Below are positions 54,019-62,194 of a stretch of DNA of 64,000 nucleotides, one piece after another; position 1 is the first letter of the stretch; each line of letters starts with the position of its first letter. The notes below the pieces were generated by a model. It was not told the DNA's origin. It searched no databases and was given only the letters and a program-made list of their open reading frames with translations. The DNA lies in contig JAPLBY010000034.1 of assembly GCA_026392515.1 (NCBI GenBank), positions 300 to 64,299 on the forward strand, given 5' to 3'. Made by a program: the position numbers and the translations under genes. Source of the DNA: Actinomycetota bacterium (lineage in GTDB: Bacteria > Actinomycetota > Actinomycetes > S36-B12 > UBA5976).

Positions 54019-55497
54019 ATGAAAACTCGGGATGAATGGGAGAAGGCGGCATCGAGCCTTTCGTTCGATGGGCGTGCGGTAATTGGCGGGAAACGAGTCG
54101 CCACTGAAAAAACTTCAGAAGACATCAGTCCTGTTACTACCAAGTCACTGGCCGATGTTTCTGAGTGTGGACAGCATGAAGTTGATCAAGCTGTGGCAAG
54201 TTCCCGCGCAGCTTTTGAAAATGGCTGGTCTCGGATGTCCCCTGGTGCGCGCAAAGGTGCACTTCACAAACTTTCCGAATTGATTCTTGCCAATGCAGAC
54301 GAACTAGCTCTTCTTGATGTTCTAGATATGGGCAAACCAATCTCAGATGCAACCACGATTGATATTCCTGGGTCTGCTGCAATTCTGAATTTTTATGCCG
54401 AGGCAATAGACAAAGTCAGTGGCGAGATACCGGTTACTGACCCAGGCAATGTGGCACTAGTTAGACGCGTTCCGCTTGGCGTAGTTGGTGCGGTAGTTCC
54501 GTGGAACTATCCATTGGAAATGGCCATCTGGAAACTTGGCCCTGCCCTGGCAGCAGGTAACGCTGTCGTACTTAAGCCAGCTGAACAATCACCTCTTTCC
54601 TCGCTACGTCTTGCTGAATTAGCACTTGATGCCGGGCTGCCAGAGGGAACTTTAAACGTTGTTACCGGGCAAGGTGAAACAACTGGTGCTGCCGTTGGGT
54701 TACATCCAGACATTGACGTGCTTACCTTCACTGGATCAACGCAAGTTGGTAAGTACTTTATGAAGTATTCGGGTGAATCGAATATGAAACAAGTTTGGTT
54801 GGAGTGCGGCGGCAAGAGTCCGAACTTAGTTTTTGCTGACACTGCAAATCTTGAAGAGGCGGCAGAGTTTGCCGCCCGAGCAATTTTCTTCAATCAAGGT
54901 GAAGTTTGCTCAGCAAACTCACGTTTGCTTGTTGAAAAGAGTATCGTCGAGCAATTTACTGAACTAGTGATTAATCAAGCCAAGAAAATCAAGCTTGGTA
55001 ATCCTCTAGATCCAAACACCACAATGGGTCCCCTAGTTGATCGCAATCAGACTGGCCGCGTAGCTGAATTTATCTCAAGTGGTTCCAGTTCTGCCAAACT
55101 GGCTCACGGTGGCGAGCGAGTCACTATCGATGGATCCGATTGTTACATCGAGCCAACTGTGTTTACAAACGTTCCGCTACAAAGCTCGATCGCGGTAGAC
55201 GAAATTTTTGGACCAGTCCTCTCGATCCTGTCGTTTGAAACGGAAGCCGAAGCAATTTCTATTGCTAACAACAGCATTTACGGCTTGGCCGCTTCAGTTT
55301 GGACTTCTAACTTGAGTCGAGCACATCGAGTTTCTGACGCACTGCACGCTGGAACAGTTTCAGTTAATACCGTCGATGCACTTGGCATGAACATTCCATT
55401 TGGTGGCTTTAAGCAATCTGGATTTGGACGCGACTTGTCACTTCATGCTTTAGACAAATACACCGGGTTGAAAACAACTTGGATTAGATACGAATAG
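54019..55497 (+). CDS. NAD(P)-dependent aldehyde dehydrogenase (non-acylating; PuuC/aminobutyraldehyde DH-like)
   Basis: VVPWNYPL..WKLGPALAAGNAVVLKPAEQSPLS, ECGGKSPNLVF (catalytic Glu) and FNQGEVCSANSR (catalytic Cys). Start at ATG 54019; an alternative GTG lies at 54007. Confidence 0.88.
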   Translation: MKTRDEWEKAASSLSFDGRAVIGGKRVATEKTSEDISPVTTKSLADVSECGQHEVDQAVASSRAAFENGWSRMSPGARKGALHKLSELILANADELALLDVLDMGKPISDATTIDIPGSAAILNFYAEAIDKVSGEIPVTDPGNVALVRRVPLGVVGAVVPWNYPLEMAIWKLGPALAAGNAVVLKPAEQSPLSSLRLAELALDAGLPEGTLNVVTGQGETTGAAVGLHPDIDVLTFTGSTQVGKYFMKYSGESNMKQVWLECGGKSPNLVFADTANLEEAAEFAARAIFFNQGEVCSANSRLLVEKSIVEQFTELVINQAKKIKLGNPLDPNTTMGPLVDRNQTGRVAEFISSGSSSAKLAHGGERVTIDGSDCYIEPTVFTNVPLQSSIAVDEIFGPVLSILSFETEAEAISIANNSIYGLAASVWTSNLSRAHRVSDALHAGTVSVNTVDALGMNIPFGGFKQSGFGRDLSLHALDKYTGLKTTWIRYE

Positions 55498-55523
55498 AAC
55501 TTAGAACAAAACTAGGAGAAAAA

Positions 55524-56879
55524 ATGGCAACCAGTAAAAAGTCAACACAAGAACTAGCGGACATTGATCGCGCTCACATCATTCATCCATACCTGCCAAA
55601 GTCTACAACTGAGCGTGTAATCATGGCTCGTGGTCAAGACTGTGCGCTTTGGGATACCGATGGTAAGGAATACCTAGATGCAACCGGTGGCTTGTGGTTG
55701 GCACAGATTGGTCACGGTCGCGATGAAGTGGCTGCAGTTGCTGCGGAACAAATCTCAACTTTGGAATACTTCACCAGTTTCTGGGAGTTCAGCAATGAAC
55801 CAGCAATCCGATTGGCTGCAAAGCTAGTAGAGATTTCTCCAGAAAATATCAACCACGTGTACTTCACTAGCGGTGGATCCGAGGGTAACGAGGCCGCAAT
55901 CAAGATGGCTCGCTTTTACCATCACCGGAAAGGTGACACTGGGCGCAACTGGATTTTAGCTCGAGAGCGGGCTTACCACGGAGTTGGTTATGGCGGCGGA
56001 ACACTAACCGGCTTTGATGTTTATCACGACGGCTTTGGACCAAACATGCCAAATGCTGCGCATTTAACAACTCCTTGGCCATATCGTCAAGAACTTTACA
56101 ACGGGCAAGATCCAACTGACTTCTTGATCAATGAACTAGAAGAAACCATTGCTCGTATCGGCGCTGACAAAATCGCCGCCATGGTTGGTGAGCCAATCAT
56201 GGGTGTTGGTGGCATGTTGGTTCCACCTGATGATTACTGGCCACGAGTTGAAGCAGTACTACGTAAGCATGGAATCCTTTTGATCTTTGATGAAGTAGTA
56301 ACTGCATATGGTCGCGTCGGAGAATGGTTTGCTGCCCAGCACTTCAATGTCCAGCCAGACATCATCATTACTGCAAAGGGAATCACATCCGGCTACATCC
56401 CATTAGGTGCAGTGCTGACAACTGATGCAGTGGCTGCGGAGCTTGAAAAAGATTTCGGATTCCCAATGGGCTTCACTTACAACGGTCATCCAACCGCCGC
56501 TGCAGTAGCACTTAAGAATCTTGAAATTATTGAAGAAGAAGGACTGCTGGAAAAGGCTAAGAAGATGGGTCAATACCTGCACGAAGGTTTGCGCACTCTC
56601 TTGGATCTACCAATTGTCGGCGAGGTTCGCTTTGTTGGCATGATGCATGCGGTAGAACTTGTAACAGATAAGGAATCTCGTACTCCACTTCCGATGCTGC
56701 AACCAATGTTGCCGGATGTGATCCGACGAGAAGAAGGAGTTATTGTGCGTGACTGTGGACATAACTTAGTTCTTTCTCCACCGCTCATAATGACTGAGGC
56801 AGAAGCTGATCGCATGGTTGAAGCTATGCGAAAAGTTCTGGAACGGACTACTCCAGATGGGGTAATTCATGAGCAGTAA
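55524..56879 (+). CDS. class III aminotransferase (omega-transaminase, SpuC/putrescine- or beta-alanine-pyruvate type)
   Basis: 451 aa. FTSGGSEGNEAAIKMAR, AYHGVG, FDEVVTAYGRVGEWF and ITAKGITSGYIPLGA (PLP lysine). Confidence 0.85.
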   Translation: MATSKKSTQELADIDRAHIIHPYLPKSTTERVIMARGQDCALWDTDGKEYLDATGGLWLAQIGHGRDEVAAVAAEQISTLEYFTSFWEFSNEPAIRLAAKLVEISPENINHVYFTSGGSEGNEAAIKMARFYHHRKGDTGRNWILARERAYHGVGYGGGTLTGFDVYHDGFGPNMPNAAHLTTPWPYRQELYNGQDPTDFLINELEETIARIGADKIAAMVGEPIMGVGGMLVPPDDYWPRVEAVLRKHGILLIFDEVVTAYGRVGEWFAAQHFNVQPDIIITAKGITSGYIPLGAVLTTDAVAAELEKDFGFPMGFTYNGHPTAAAVALKNLEIIEEEGLLEKAKKMGQYLHEGLRTLLDLPIVGEVRFVGMMHAVELVTDKESRTPLPMLQPMLPDVIRREEGVIVRDCGHNLVLSPPLIMTEAEADRMVEAMRKVLERTTPDGVIHEQ

Positions 56880-56892
56880 GGAAAGGGTCAAT

Positions 56893-58383
56893 ATGTCTCA
56901 ATCGGTTAATCGGCAACAGACTGCACTAGCGGTCGAGCAAGAAAAGAAATTAGTTAAGTCGTTACGGCGCTCTGACATAGTTTTGTTTATTGTTGCCGCT
57001 GTTATTGCGCTAGACACTATTGGAACCATTGCATCGGGTGGACTTGAAAATCTATTCTGGGGCGCGTTTATGGTTTTAACTTTCATGATTCCATTTAGCA
57101 TGATTTTTGCCGAGACCGGTGGTGCCTTTCCGCAAGAAGGTGGGCCATACCAATGGGTTAAATTCGCTTATGGCCGGTTAACTGCTGGCATTACAAGTGT
57201 CTTGTACTGGATTACAAATCCAATTTGGCTGGGTGGAACTCTAGTCCTGGTTGCTAACGAAGCATTTAATGCCTACGTGTTTGATTTATCAACGAATGCT
57301 ACTTTGGACTGGATTTTTAAACTTGCATTTGTTTGGATCGCAATTTTACTTGCAATTGTGAGTCTGAAAACTGGAAAGATTTTCGTTAACGTAGGCGCAT
57401 GGGCAAAACTTATTGTCTTGATGTCACTAGTGGGTACCACTGTCATTTATGGCTTCAAAAATGGGTTCCAAGGTCTTGACCTTGGTGGCTTATCACCATC
57501 ACTCGGTGGATTCTTGGCGGTAGCACCAGTGCTTGCATTTGCATATGTTGGTTTTGAGGCACCTAATGCTGCCTCCGAAGAAATGTTTGATCCCGCAAAA
57601 GACACCGCACCGGCAATCCGTCGCGGCGCAACAATTGCAATGCTCGCTTACTTACTGCCAGTTCTTGCTATTTTGCTTGTAATTCCAGCAGACCAAGTAG
57701 CTGGTGTAGATAGCTTTATGGGAGCAGTCGCAACAGTATTTGCAGGCGTATTCGGGTCTGCAGCAAATACCTTGCTGTCAATTACTGCGCTACTTTTTGT
57801 TTACGCATTACTAAACCAAGGTAGTTCATGGATGATTGCTACTGATCGAATTCAAGCCATGGCAGCAGCTGATGGAACATTCTTCGGCGGATATTTTGGC
57901 GAGTTTAACGAAAAACTAGGCACACCACTTCGCGTTAACATACTTTCTGGAGTTATGTCTACCGTATTCGTGGTGGCTGCAACGCTATTGGTTGAAGGTG
58001 ACGCGGCAGTGCTCTTTAGTGTTGTGCTATTTTGCGCAATTTCCACGCTGCTAGTTTCTTACTTAGCAATCATTCCAGCCCTTATGAAGTTGAAGCGAAT
58101 ATATCCTGATGTTCCGCGGAATTACAAAGTTCCTGGTGGATCCAGAGGCTTCCACATTCTAGGAAGTTTGGTAATGGCCTACATAGTTATTGGATCTATT
58201 GTGGCGCTGTTCCCAGGTACTTTGGAAACAACATTGGGTATGGAATATGACTACGCCGATATTTGGGGAACAACGCAAGGCGCAGTTTTGGGCTTCACGC
58301 TTGGAACTTTCGTAATCGTTGTTTTGATCGGAGTTGCCGGCTACCTCGGTGCTGGAAAAGTTCGCAAGAATCTAGCTGACTAA
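56893..58383 (+). CDS. APC-superfamily amino acid/polyamine permease
   Basis: About 12 TM segments. Start set at MSQSVNRQ (ATG at 56893) after AAGGAAAGG. The ORF-track start at 56869 overlaps the aminotransferase stop. Confidence 0.85.
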   Translation: MSQSVNRQQTALAVEQEKKLVKSLRRSDIVLFIVAAVIALDTIGTIASGGLENLFWGAFMVLTFMIPFSMIFAETGGAFPQEGGPYQWVKFAYGRLTAGITSVLYWITNPIWLGGTLVLVANEAFNAYVFDLSTNATLDWIFKLAFVWIAILLAIVSLKTGKIFVNVGAWAKLIVLMSLVGTTVIYGFKNGFQGLDLGGLSPSLGGFLAVAPVLAFAYVGFEAPNAASEEMFDPAKDTAPAIRRGATIAMLAYLLPVLAILLVIPADQVAGVDSFMGAVATVFAGVFGSAANTLLSITALLFVYALLNQGSSWMIATDRIQAMAAADGTFFGGYFGEFNEKLGTPLRVNILSGVMSTVFVVAATLLVEGDAAVLFSVVLFCAISTLLVSYLAIIPALMKLKRIYPDVPRNYKVPGGSRGFHILGSLVMAYIVIGSIVALFPGTLETTLGMEYDYADIWGTTQGAVLGFTLGTFVIVVLIGVAGYLGAGKVRKNLAD

Positions 58384-58391
58384 TTACTAGG

Positions 58392-58423
58392 CGACCGGCA
58401 ATCCCCCTTGGGGTTGCCGGTCG
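58392..58423 (+). terminator. hairpin terminator after the permease gene
   Basis: cgaccggcaa (58392-58401) pairs with ttgccggtcg (58414-58423). The loop region cccccttgggg can extend the stem. Followed by ttgctatttc. Confidence 0.7.
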
Positions 58424-58553
58424 TTGCTATTTCAATTGGCCGATCAATACTGGAATGATTACACCAATTCCAAGTGCCATCATGACCACAGCCACAAGCA
58501 AAACTCTATCTGCTCGCTAAAACAATCTCGGTAGCCAAGTAGACTCATTAGTT

Positions 58554-59150
58554 ATGAAGGCCCCACGTTTGCTTGCTTCGATTGCGACCGTTGCTATTTC
58601 ATTAGCGCTCACCACTGTTCCGGCAAGTGCCAATGAAGCGCCTGTTATCGACTATTGCGCCAAGAAAACCACGGGGAAAGTCAGAGCGATAGCAGAAGGT
58701 GCGTGCACTAAAAAAGAAAGATCCCTTGGTGCCGGGCCGATAGTCCGTGGCGAAACTCACCCCAGCGCGCTAGTTCCACAATTCAAAGCTCGCTATGAAG
58801 CCGCAAAAGCAGCAGCAGCTAAAAAGGGTCACACCCTTGCAATAACCAGCGGTTATCGCAGTCTTGAACGACAAGAGATGTTGTATCAACGTGCGATTAA
58901 GCGACATGGATCTGCTGAGGAAGCGAGTAAGTGGGTCTTGCCACCGGAGAAATCCAATCACCCTTGGGGAATTGCAATCGACATTAACTACGGTGTTGGT
59001 GGAACTAAAGGAAAGAAAGCGGCAGCCTGGTTAGAAAAGAATGGTTACCTATATGGCCTGTGCCGTCGATATGAAAATGAGTGGTGGCATTTTGAACCAC
59101 TGGTAGCACCTGGACAACAATGTCCCGTGATGGAGCCTTACGCGTCTTAG
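58554..59150 (+). CDS. secreted M15B (VanY-like) D-alanyl-D-alanine carboxypeptidase
   Basis: Signal peptide ending PASA-NE. Motifs SGYRSLERQEMLY, SNHPWGIAIDI (HxxxxxxD zinc site) and EWWHFE. Confidence 0.85.
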   Translation: MKAPRLLASIATVAISLALTTVPASANEAPVIDYCAKKTTGKVRAIAEGACTKKERSLGAGPIVRGETHPSALVPQFKARYEAAKAAAAKKGHTLAITSGYRSLERQEMLYQRAIKRHGSAEEASKWVLPPEKSNHPWGIAIDINYGVGGTKGKKAAAWLEKNGYLYGLCRRYENEWWHFEPLVAPGQQCPVMEPYAS

Positions 59151-60079
59151 CGAACGCCTAAAGAAGTTGACAGTTGCTTGGTAACTGAGTTCCAAGCAGA
59201 AATTCCACGTTCTTGGGTGGTCCAAGTATTTGAGTAACCAGTGAAAATCCACCGTGGAGTTTTGTTCGGATCCCAGACATAACCCAAAGTATTAATGCGC
59301 CAAAGTCCAACTGGCGGGCGATCCCCTTCGACCGATAGGTACCAGCCATTCTTTACTGCGCCAGTCCAAAGCTCAGGAATGCCACCACTAGGTCCGGCTC
59401 CCCAGGCTTGTTCCGGATTAACTCTGGACATTAAGTCACGAAGAATTACCCGTTGCGCCTCAGGTAGTGGACTCGCTGCAGTGCCAACCACTTGATTCAA
59501 CAGCAGTGCTTGATCACTTGAGTTCGTCATGATTGTTCCCCAGGCACCACCCGTGGTTGTACTTGCTAAGTCATAACGACTTGCAATTGAAACCACCGCG
59601 TCATTCTTGCCAATGATTTTGAATAATCGATCCGCTGCACTGTTATCAGATTCGGTAATCATGAGTTCCATGTCTGAAGTAACAGTTGCGTAATCCAAGG
59701 TTCCCGCTGCAACTAGTTCCAGCACACCAGTTGCAACGATAATCTTTCCCGTCGAGGCAGTTGGAAAAGTTGCTGCGGTATCGCCTAGTGAATATGTGCA
59801 ACCTTCAACTAAATCAACAACAGTCACATTGAAACTTGTCGGCTGAAATTCGGTTGTCCAAGTATCGACAAAGCTTTGCGGTAGTGGCGAGTTGGCTTCA
59901 CAATCAAATGCTGGCGTGACGACCGGAACTGGAATTGGAGCAGAGGTTCCATCAACTGGCTGCGACGAGATCGCCCCTGAAACAAATCGTAAAATCAGAA
60001 TCAAACCCAATAGCGCTAATCCAAATACCAGGATGCGGCGAACCAGAAATGTGGCTCTAGTTGGACGTTGCTCACTCAC
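59147..60079 (-). CDS. membrane-anchored class A beta-lactamase-like serine hydrolase
   Basis: ASTGK (SxxK), ESDN (SDN) and KNGW (KTG-like) in the right order, with an N-terminal TM helix ILVFGLALLGLILIL. Start moved to GTG at 60079 (VSEQRPT) because the ORF-track N-terminus (to 60139) lies inside the tRNA gene. Confidence 0.7.
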   Translation of the reverse strand: MSEQRPTRATFLVRRILVFGLALLGLILILRFVSGAISSQPVDGTSAPIPVPVVTPAFDCEANSPLPQSFVDTWTTEFQPTSFNVTVVDLVEGCTYSLGDTAATFPTASTGKIIVATGVLELVAAGTLDYATVTSDMELMITESDNSAADRLFKIIGKNDAVVSIASRYDLASTTTGGAWGTIMTNSSDQALLLNQVVGTAASPLPEAQRVILRDLMSRVNPEQAWGAGPSGGIPELWTGAVKNGWYLSVEGDRPPVGLWRINTLGYVWDPNKTPRWIFTGYSNTWTTQERGISAWNSVTKQLSTSLGVR

Positions 60080-60080
60080 G

Positions 60081-60153
60081 TGCCCGCGAAAGGAATCGAA
60101 CCTTCGACCTTCTGCTCCGGAGGCAGACGCTCTATCCACTGAGCTACGCGGGC
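60081..60153 (-). tRNA. tRNA-Arg (anticodon CCG)
   Basis: The reverse complement folds as a cloverleaf: acceptor GCCCGCG/CGCGGGC, D stem GCTC/GAGC, anticodon stem TCTGC/GCAGA with loop CTCCGGA, T arm GAAGG-TTCGATT-CCTTT, discriminator A. CCA is not encoded. Confidence 0.93.
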
Positions 60154-60230
60154 AAAACTACCTGCCTGAGTGACTTTATCAGTGCTGCATTCAACCCCAC
60201 ATAAATAGCAGAGATGACATACAATGGTTG

Positions 60231-60335
60231 TAGCAAGACACGGGAGTCCACAACAAGGTGGGCTGAGAGGGTGTCCGATCTTTTGATCATCACACCGACC
60301 GTTTAACCAGTCCGGTAATGCGGATTGCAGGAGGA
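60231..60335 (+). promoter_or_regulatory. TPP (THI-box) riboswitch
   Basis: ACGGGAGTCC...GGCTGAGAGGGTGT(loop)ACACCGACCGTTTAACCAGTCCGGTAATGCGGATTGCAGGAGG. It has the conserved CTGAGA, a P3 stem GGTGT/ACACC, an ACC-N-TTTAACC junction, and a compensated pyrophosphate-sensing helix TCCG/CGGA. The GGAGG Shine-Dalgarno (60330-60334) sits at the 3' end. The downstream gene is a PnuC-family transporter. Confidence 0.7.
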
Positions 60336-60344
60336 ATGCAATCT

Positions 60345-60950
60345 ATGTTTTCAGAAATCAATGAATTTGTTTCAACTGTTCTATTTACAGTTTTGGGCTA
60401 TCAGGTAACCCTGCTGGAGTTAGTAGCAGTTATTGCTTCTGCCACAGGTGTTTGGTTAGGCACAACTGGTAAACGAATCATGTGGCCTTGGTATGGATTG
60501 AGCGGAGTGCTTTACGGCTGGCTTTTCCTGAACTATGACCTTTACGCCAGTGCTTCTTTGCAGCTTGTGTTTATAGCTGCTGCAGTTTGGGGCTGGTTCG
60601 GATGGGGTCCGCAAGGTGCAAGCTCGCGCAATTTATCTTGGACACTTCGCGTCAGTTTGATAAGTGCCGGAACTGTAATCTGGTTGCTGATTACGCCATT
60701 CCTAGTTTCACTTGGCGCAGCCGCAGCTCGTCCCGATTCTTTTGGTTTAGTTTTTAGCGTTATTGCACAAGTCCTTATGGTTTTGCAGTTTCGTGAGAAT
60801 TGGATTGCTTGGCTGGTGGTCAACATTGTCTTCGTAGGGCTCTACTGGTCACAAGATCTTAAGTTCACTTCGTTGCTATATGTAGCCTTTGCTGCGATCG
60901 CCCTGCGCGGTTGGATTAACTGGCAAAAACTTCAACGCACGGTTAGTTAG
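60345..60950 (+). CDS. pnuT: PnuC-family transporter (thiamine-type, PnuT, by riboswitch context)
   Basis: Polytopic. WPWYGLSGVLYGWLFLNYDLYASASLQLVFIAAAVWGWFGW resembles the PnuC signature (W..G....Y.....LYAD..LQ......YGW..W). Start set at ATG 60345, 10 nt after GGAGG. The ORF-track start at 60318 lies inside the riboswitch. Confidence 0.75.
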   Translation: MFSEINEFVSTVLFTVLGYQVTLLELVAVIASATGVWLGTTGKRIMWPWYGLSGVLYGWLFLNYDLYASASLQLVFIAAAVWGWFGWGPQGASSRNLSWTLRVSLISAGTVIWLLITPFLVSLGAAAARPDSFGLVFSVIAQVLMVLQFRENWIAWLVVNIVFVGLYWSQDLKFTSLLYVAFAAIALRGWINWQKLQRTVS

Positions 60951-60953
60951 CTC

Positions 60954-61319
60954 ATGACATTTTTTGAGCTGTCGAAAGTCAAGTCAGCCATTGCAAATAG
61001 TGATGCACTTTGTGGGGAAACCAAAATTGTCACGATAGACGGTCCGGCTGGATCGGGCAAAACTACCTTGGCTTCAGAACTTCCAGTCACGCCCATTGTG
61101 ATTATCGAAGGCGTTGGATCAGGACATACCTCGCTTCGCGAACAAGTGTCTCAAGCCATTTGGGTTGAGGCAGATGATCACATTCTGTTAGATCGAGTAG
61201 TTGAACGCGATGGTGAAGTGGTCCGAGATGAGATGTTGATTTGGAAAGCTCGAGAACGTGCCTACTTTGAGTTACATGAGGTAAAGAACGCGGCGCAGAT
61301 TCACCTGCGTGGACAGTAG
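60954..61319 (+). CDS. small P-loop NTPase/kinase-like protein
   Basis: 121 aa. Walker A IDGPAGSGKTTLA, then VIIEGVG and IWVEADD..LDRVVERDG, reminiscent of uridine kinase/NadR-RNK-type kinases but much shorter. Confidence 0.55.
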   Translation: MTFFELSKVKSAIANSDALCGETKIVTIDGPAGSGKTTLASELPVTPIVIIEGVGSGHTSLREQVSQAIWVEADDHILLDRVVERDGEVVRDEMLIWKARERAYFELHEVKNAAQIHLRGQ

Positions 61320-61325
61320 CCGCAA

Positions 61326-62081
61326 CTACCAAGGAACAATCTGACGATCTTCCCAAAGCAATCCAGTTAAAGTCTCCGAGTTATGTTCTCTGCTTGCCAG
61401 CCAAACAATTGTGTCGGCTGCTTCTTCTGGACTACGTGGAGCATCGGGACCACCCATGTCAGTGCGGGTGTGATTTGGACACATTGCATCCACTAGAACT
61501 CCCCGACTTCCATTACCAAGTTCTGCTGCCAAGTTTTTAGTTAATGCGTTGACTGCCGTTTTTGAAATCCGATACGGAGCCAATCCTCCAGCCAACCCTG
61601 GCCCACTAAATCTTCCAAGGCATGCCGAGACATTAATAATGCGACCTGATTTACGCTGGGCCATTTGAGGTCCGATTGCAGAAATCAAATTGAAGGTTCC
61701 ATCCAAATTGATGCCCATTACCCGCTGCCACTCTTGGTTGGAAGTCCGCAGGGTCTTCGCCATCTTTTCGCTCATTACCCCAGCGGAGTTGATCAAGATG
61801 TCAGCCTCCAGCGCCAACGAATGATTGCCTATTGCCTCTGAAACTTTTTCGCCATCAGCTACATCCACGCAAATGCTGTCAGCATCTACCCCAAGTGCGA
61901 TCAAATTTGAAACAGCCGAACTTAGATTTTCAGGACTTTGCCCGACCAGGACAACAGTGGCACCCAATGCGCCAAGCTCCCTTGCAGCCGCAAATCCGAT
62001 CCCTCTGGATCCGCCTGTAATCACTGCAACTTTGTCAGTTAGCGAAGATAAGGGGTTAGCAGCATCGGCTATCGAGGTCAT
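61326..62081 (-). CDS. short-chain dehydrogenase/reductase
   Basis: [14 protein letters not shown] cofactor motif, NSAGV, and YRISKTA (YxxxK). Confidence 0.85.
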   Translation of the reverse strand: MTSIADAANPLSSLTDKVAVITGGSRGIGFAAARELGALGATVVLVGQSPENLSSAVSNLIALGVDADSICVDVADGEKVSEAIGNHSLALEADILINSAGVMSEKMAKTLRTSNQEWQRVMGINLDGTFNLISAIGPQMAQRKSGRIINVSACLGRFSGPGLAGGLAPYRISKTAVNALTKNLAAELGNGSRGVLVDAMCPNHTRTDMGGPDAPRSPEEAADTIVWLASREHNSETLTGLLWEDRQIVPW

Positions 62082-62194
62082 GGCTCAAGCCTGCCCTAGG
62101 GCCAAGCCTTATGCACGTTGAAGCCCTCGCCAAATGGGCGATACGCTTTGTTTATAGAGCAGTTTCTATAGTTCAACAAGGAAGGCCCCAAGCC

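Noticed and set aside
60080-60139. N-terminal 20 codons of ORF 59147-60139 (MDRASASGAEGRRFDSFRGH).
   Set aside because: This segment is the antisense of tRNA-Arg(CCG). The coding sequence more plausibly begins at GTG 60079, just before the TM helix.
60318-60344. ORF-track start of the PnuC-family gene at 60318 (MRIAGGMQS).
   Set aside because: It falls inside the conserved 3' part of the TPP riboswitch. ATG 60345 has proper spacing from the GGAGG at 60330-60334.
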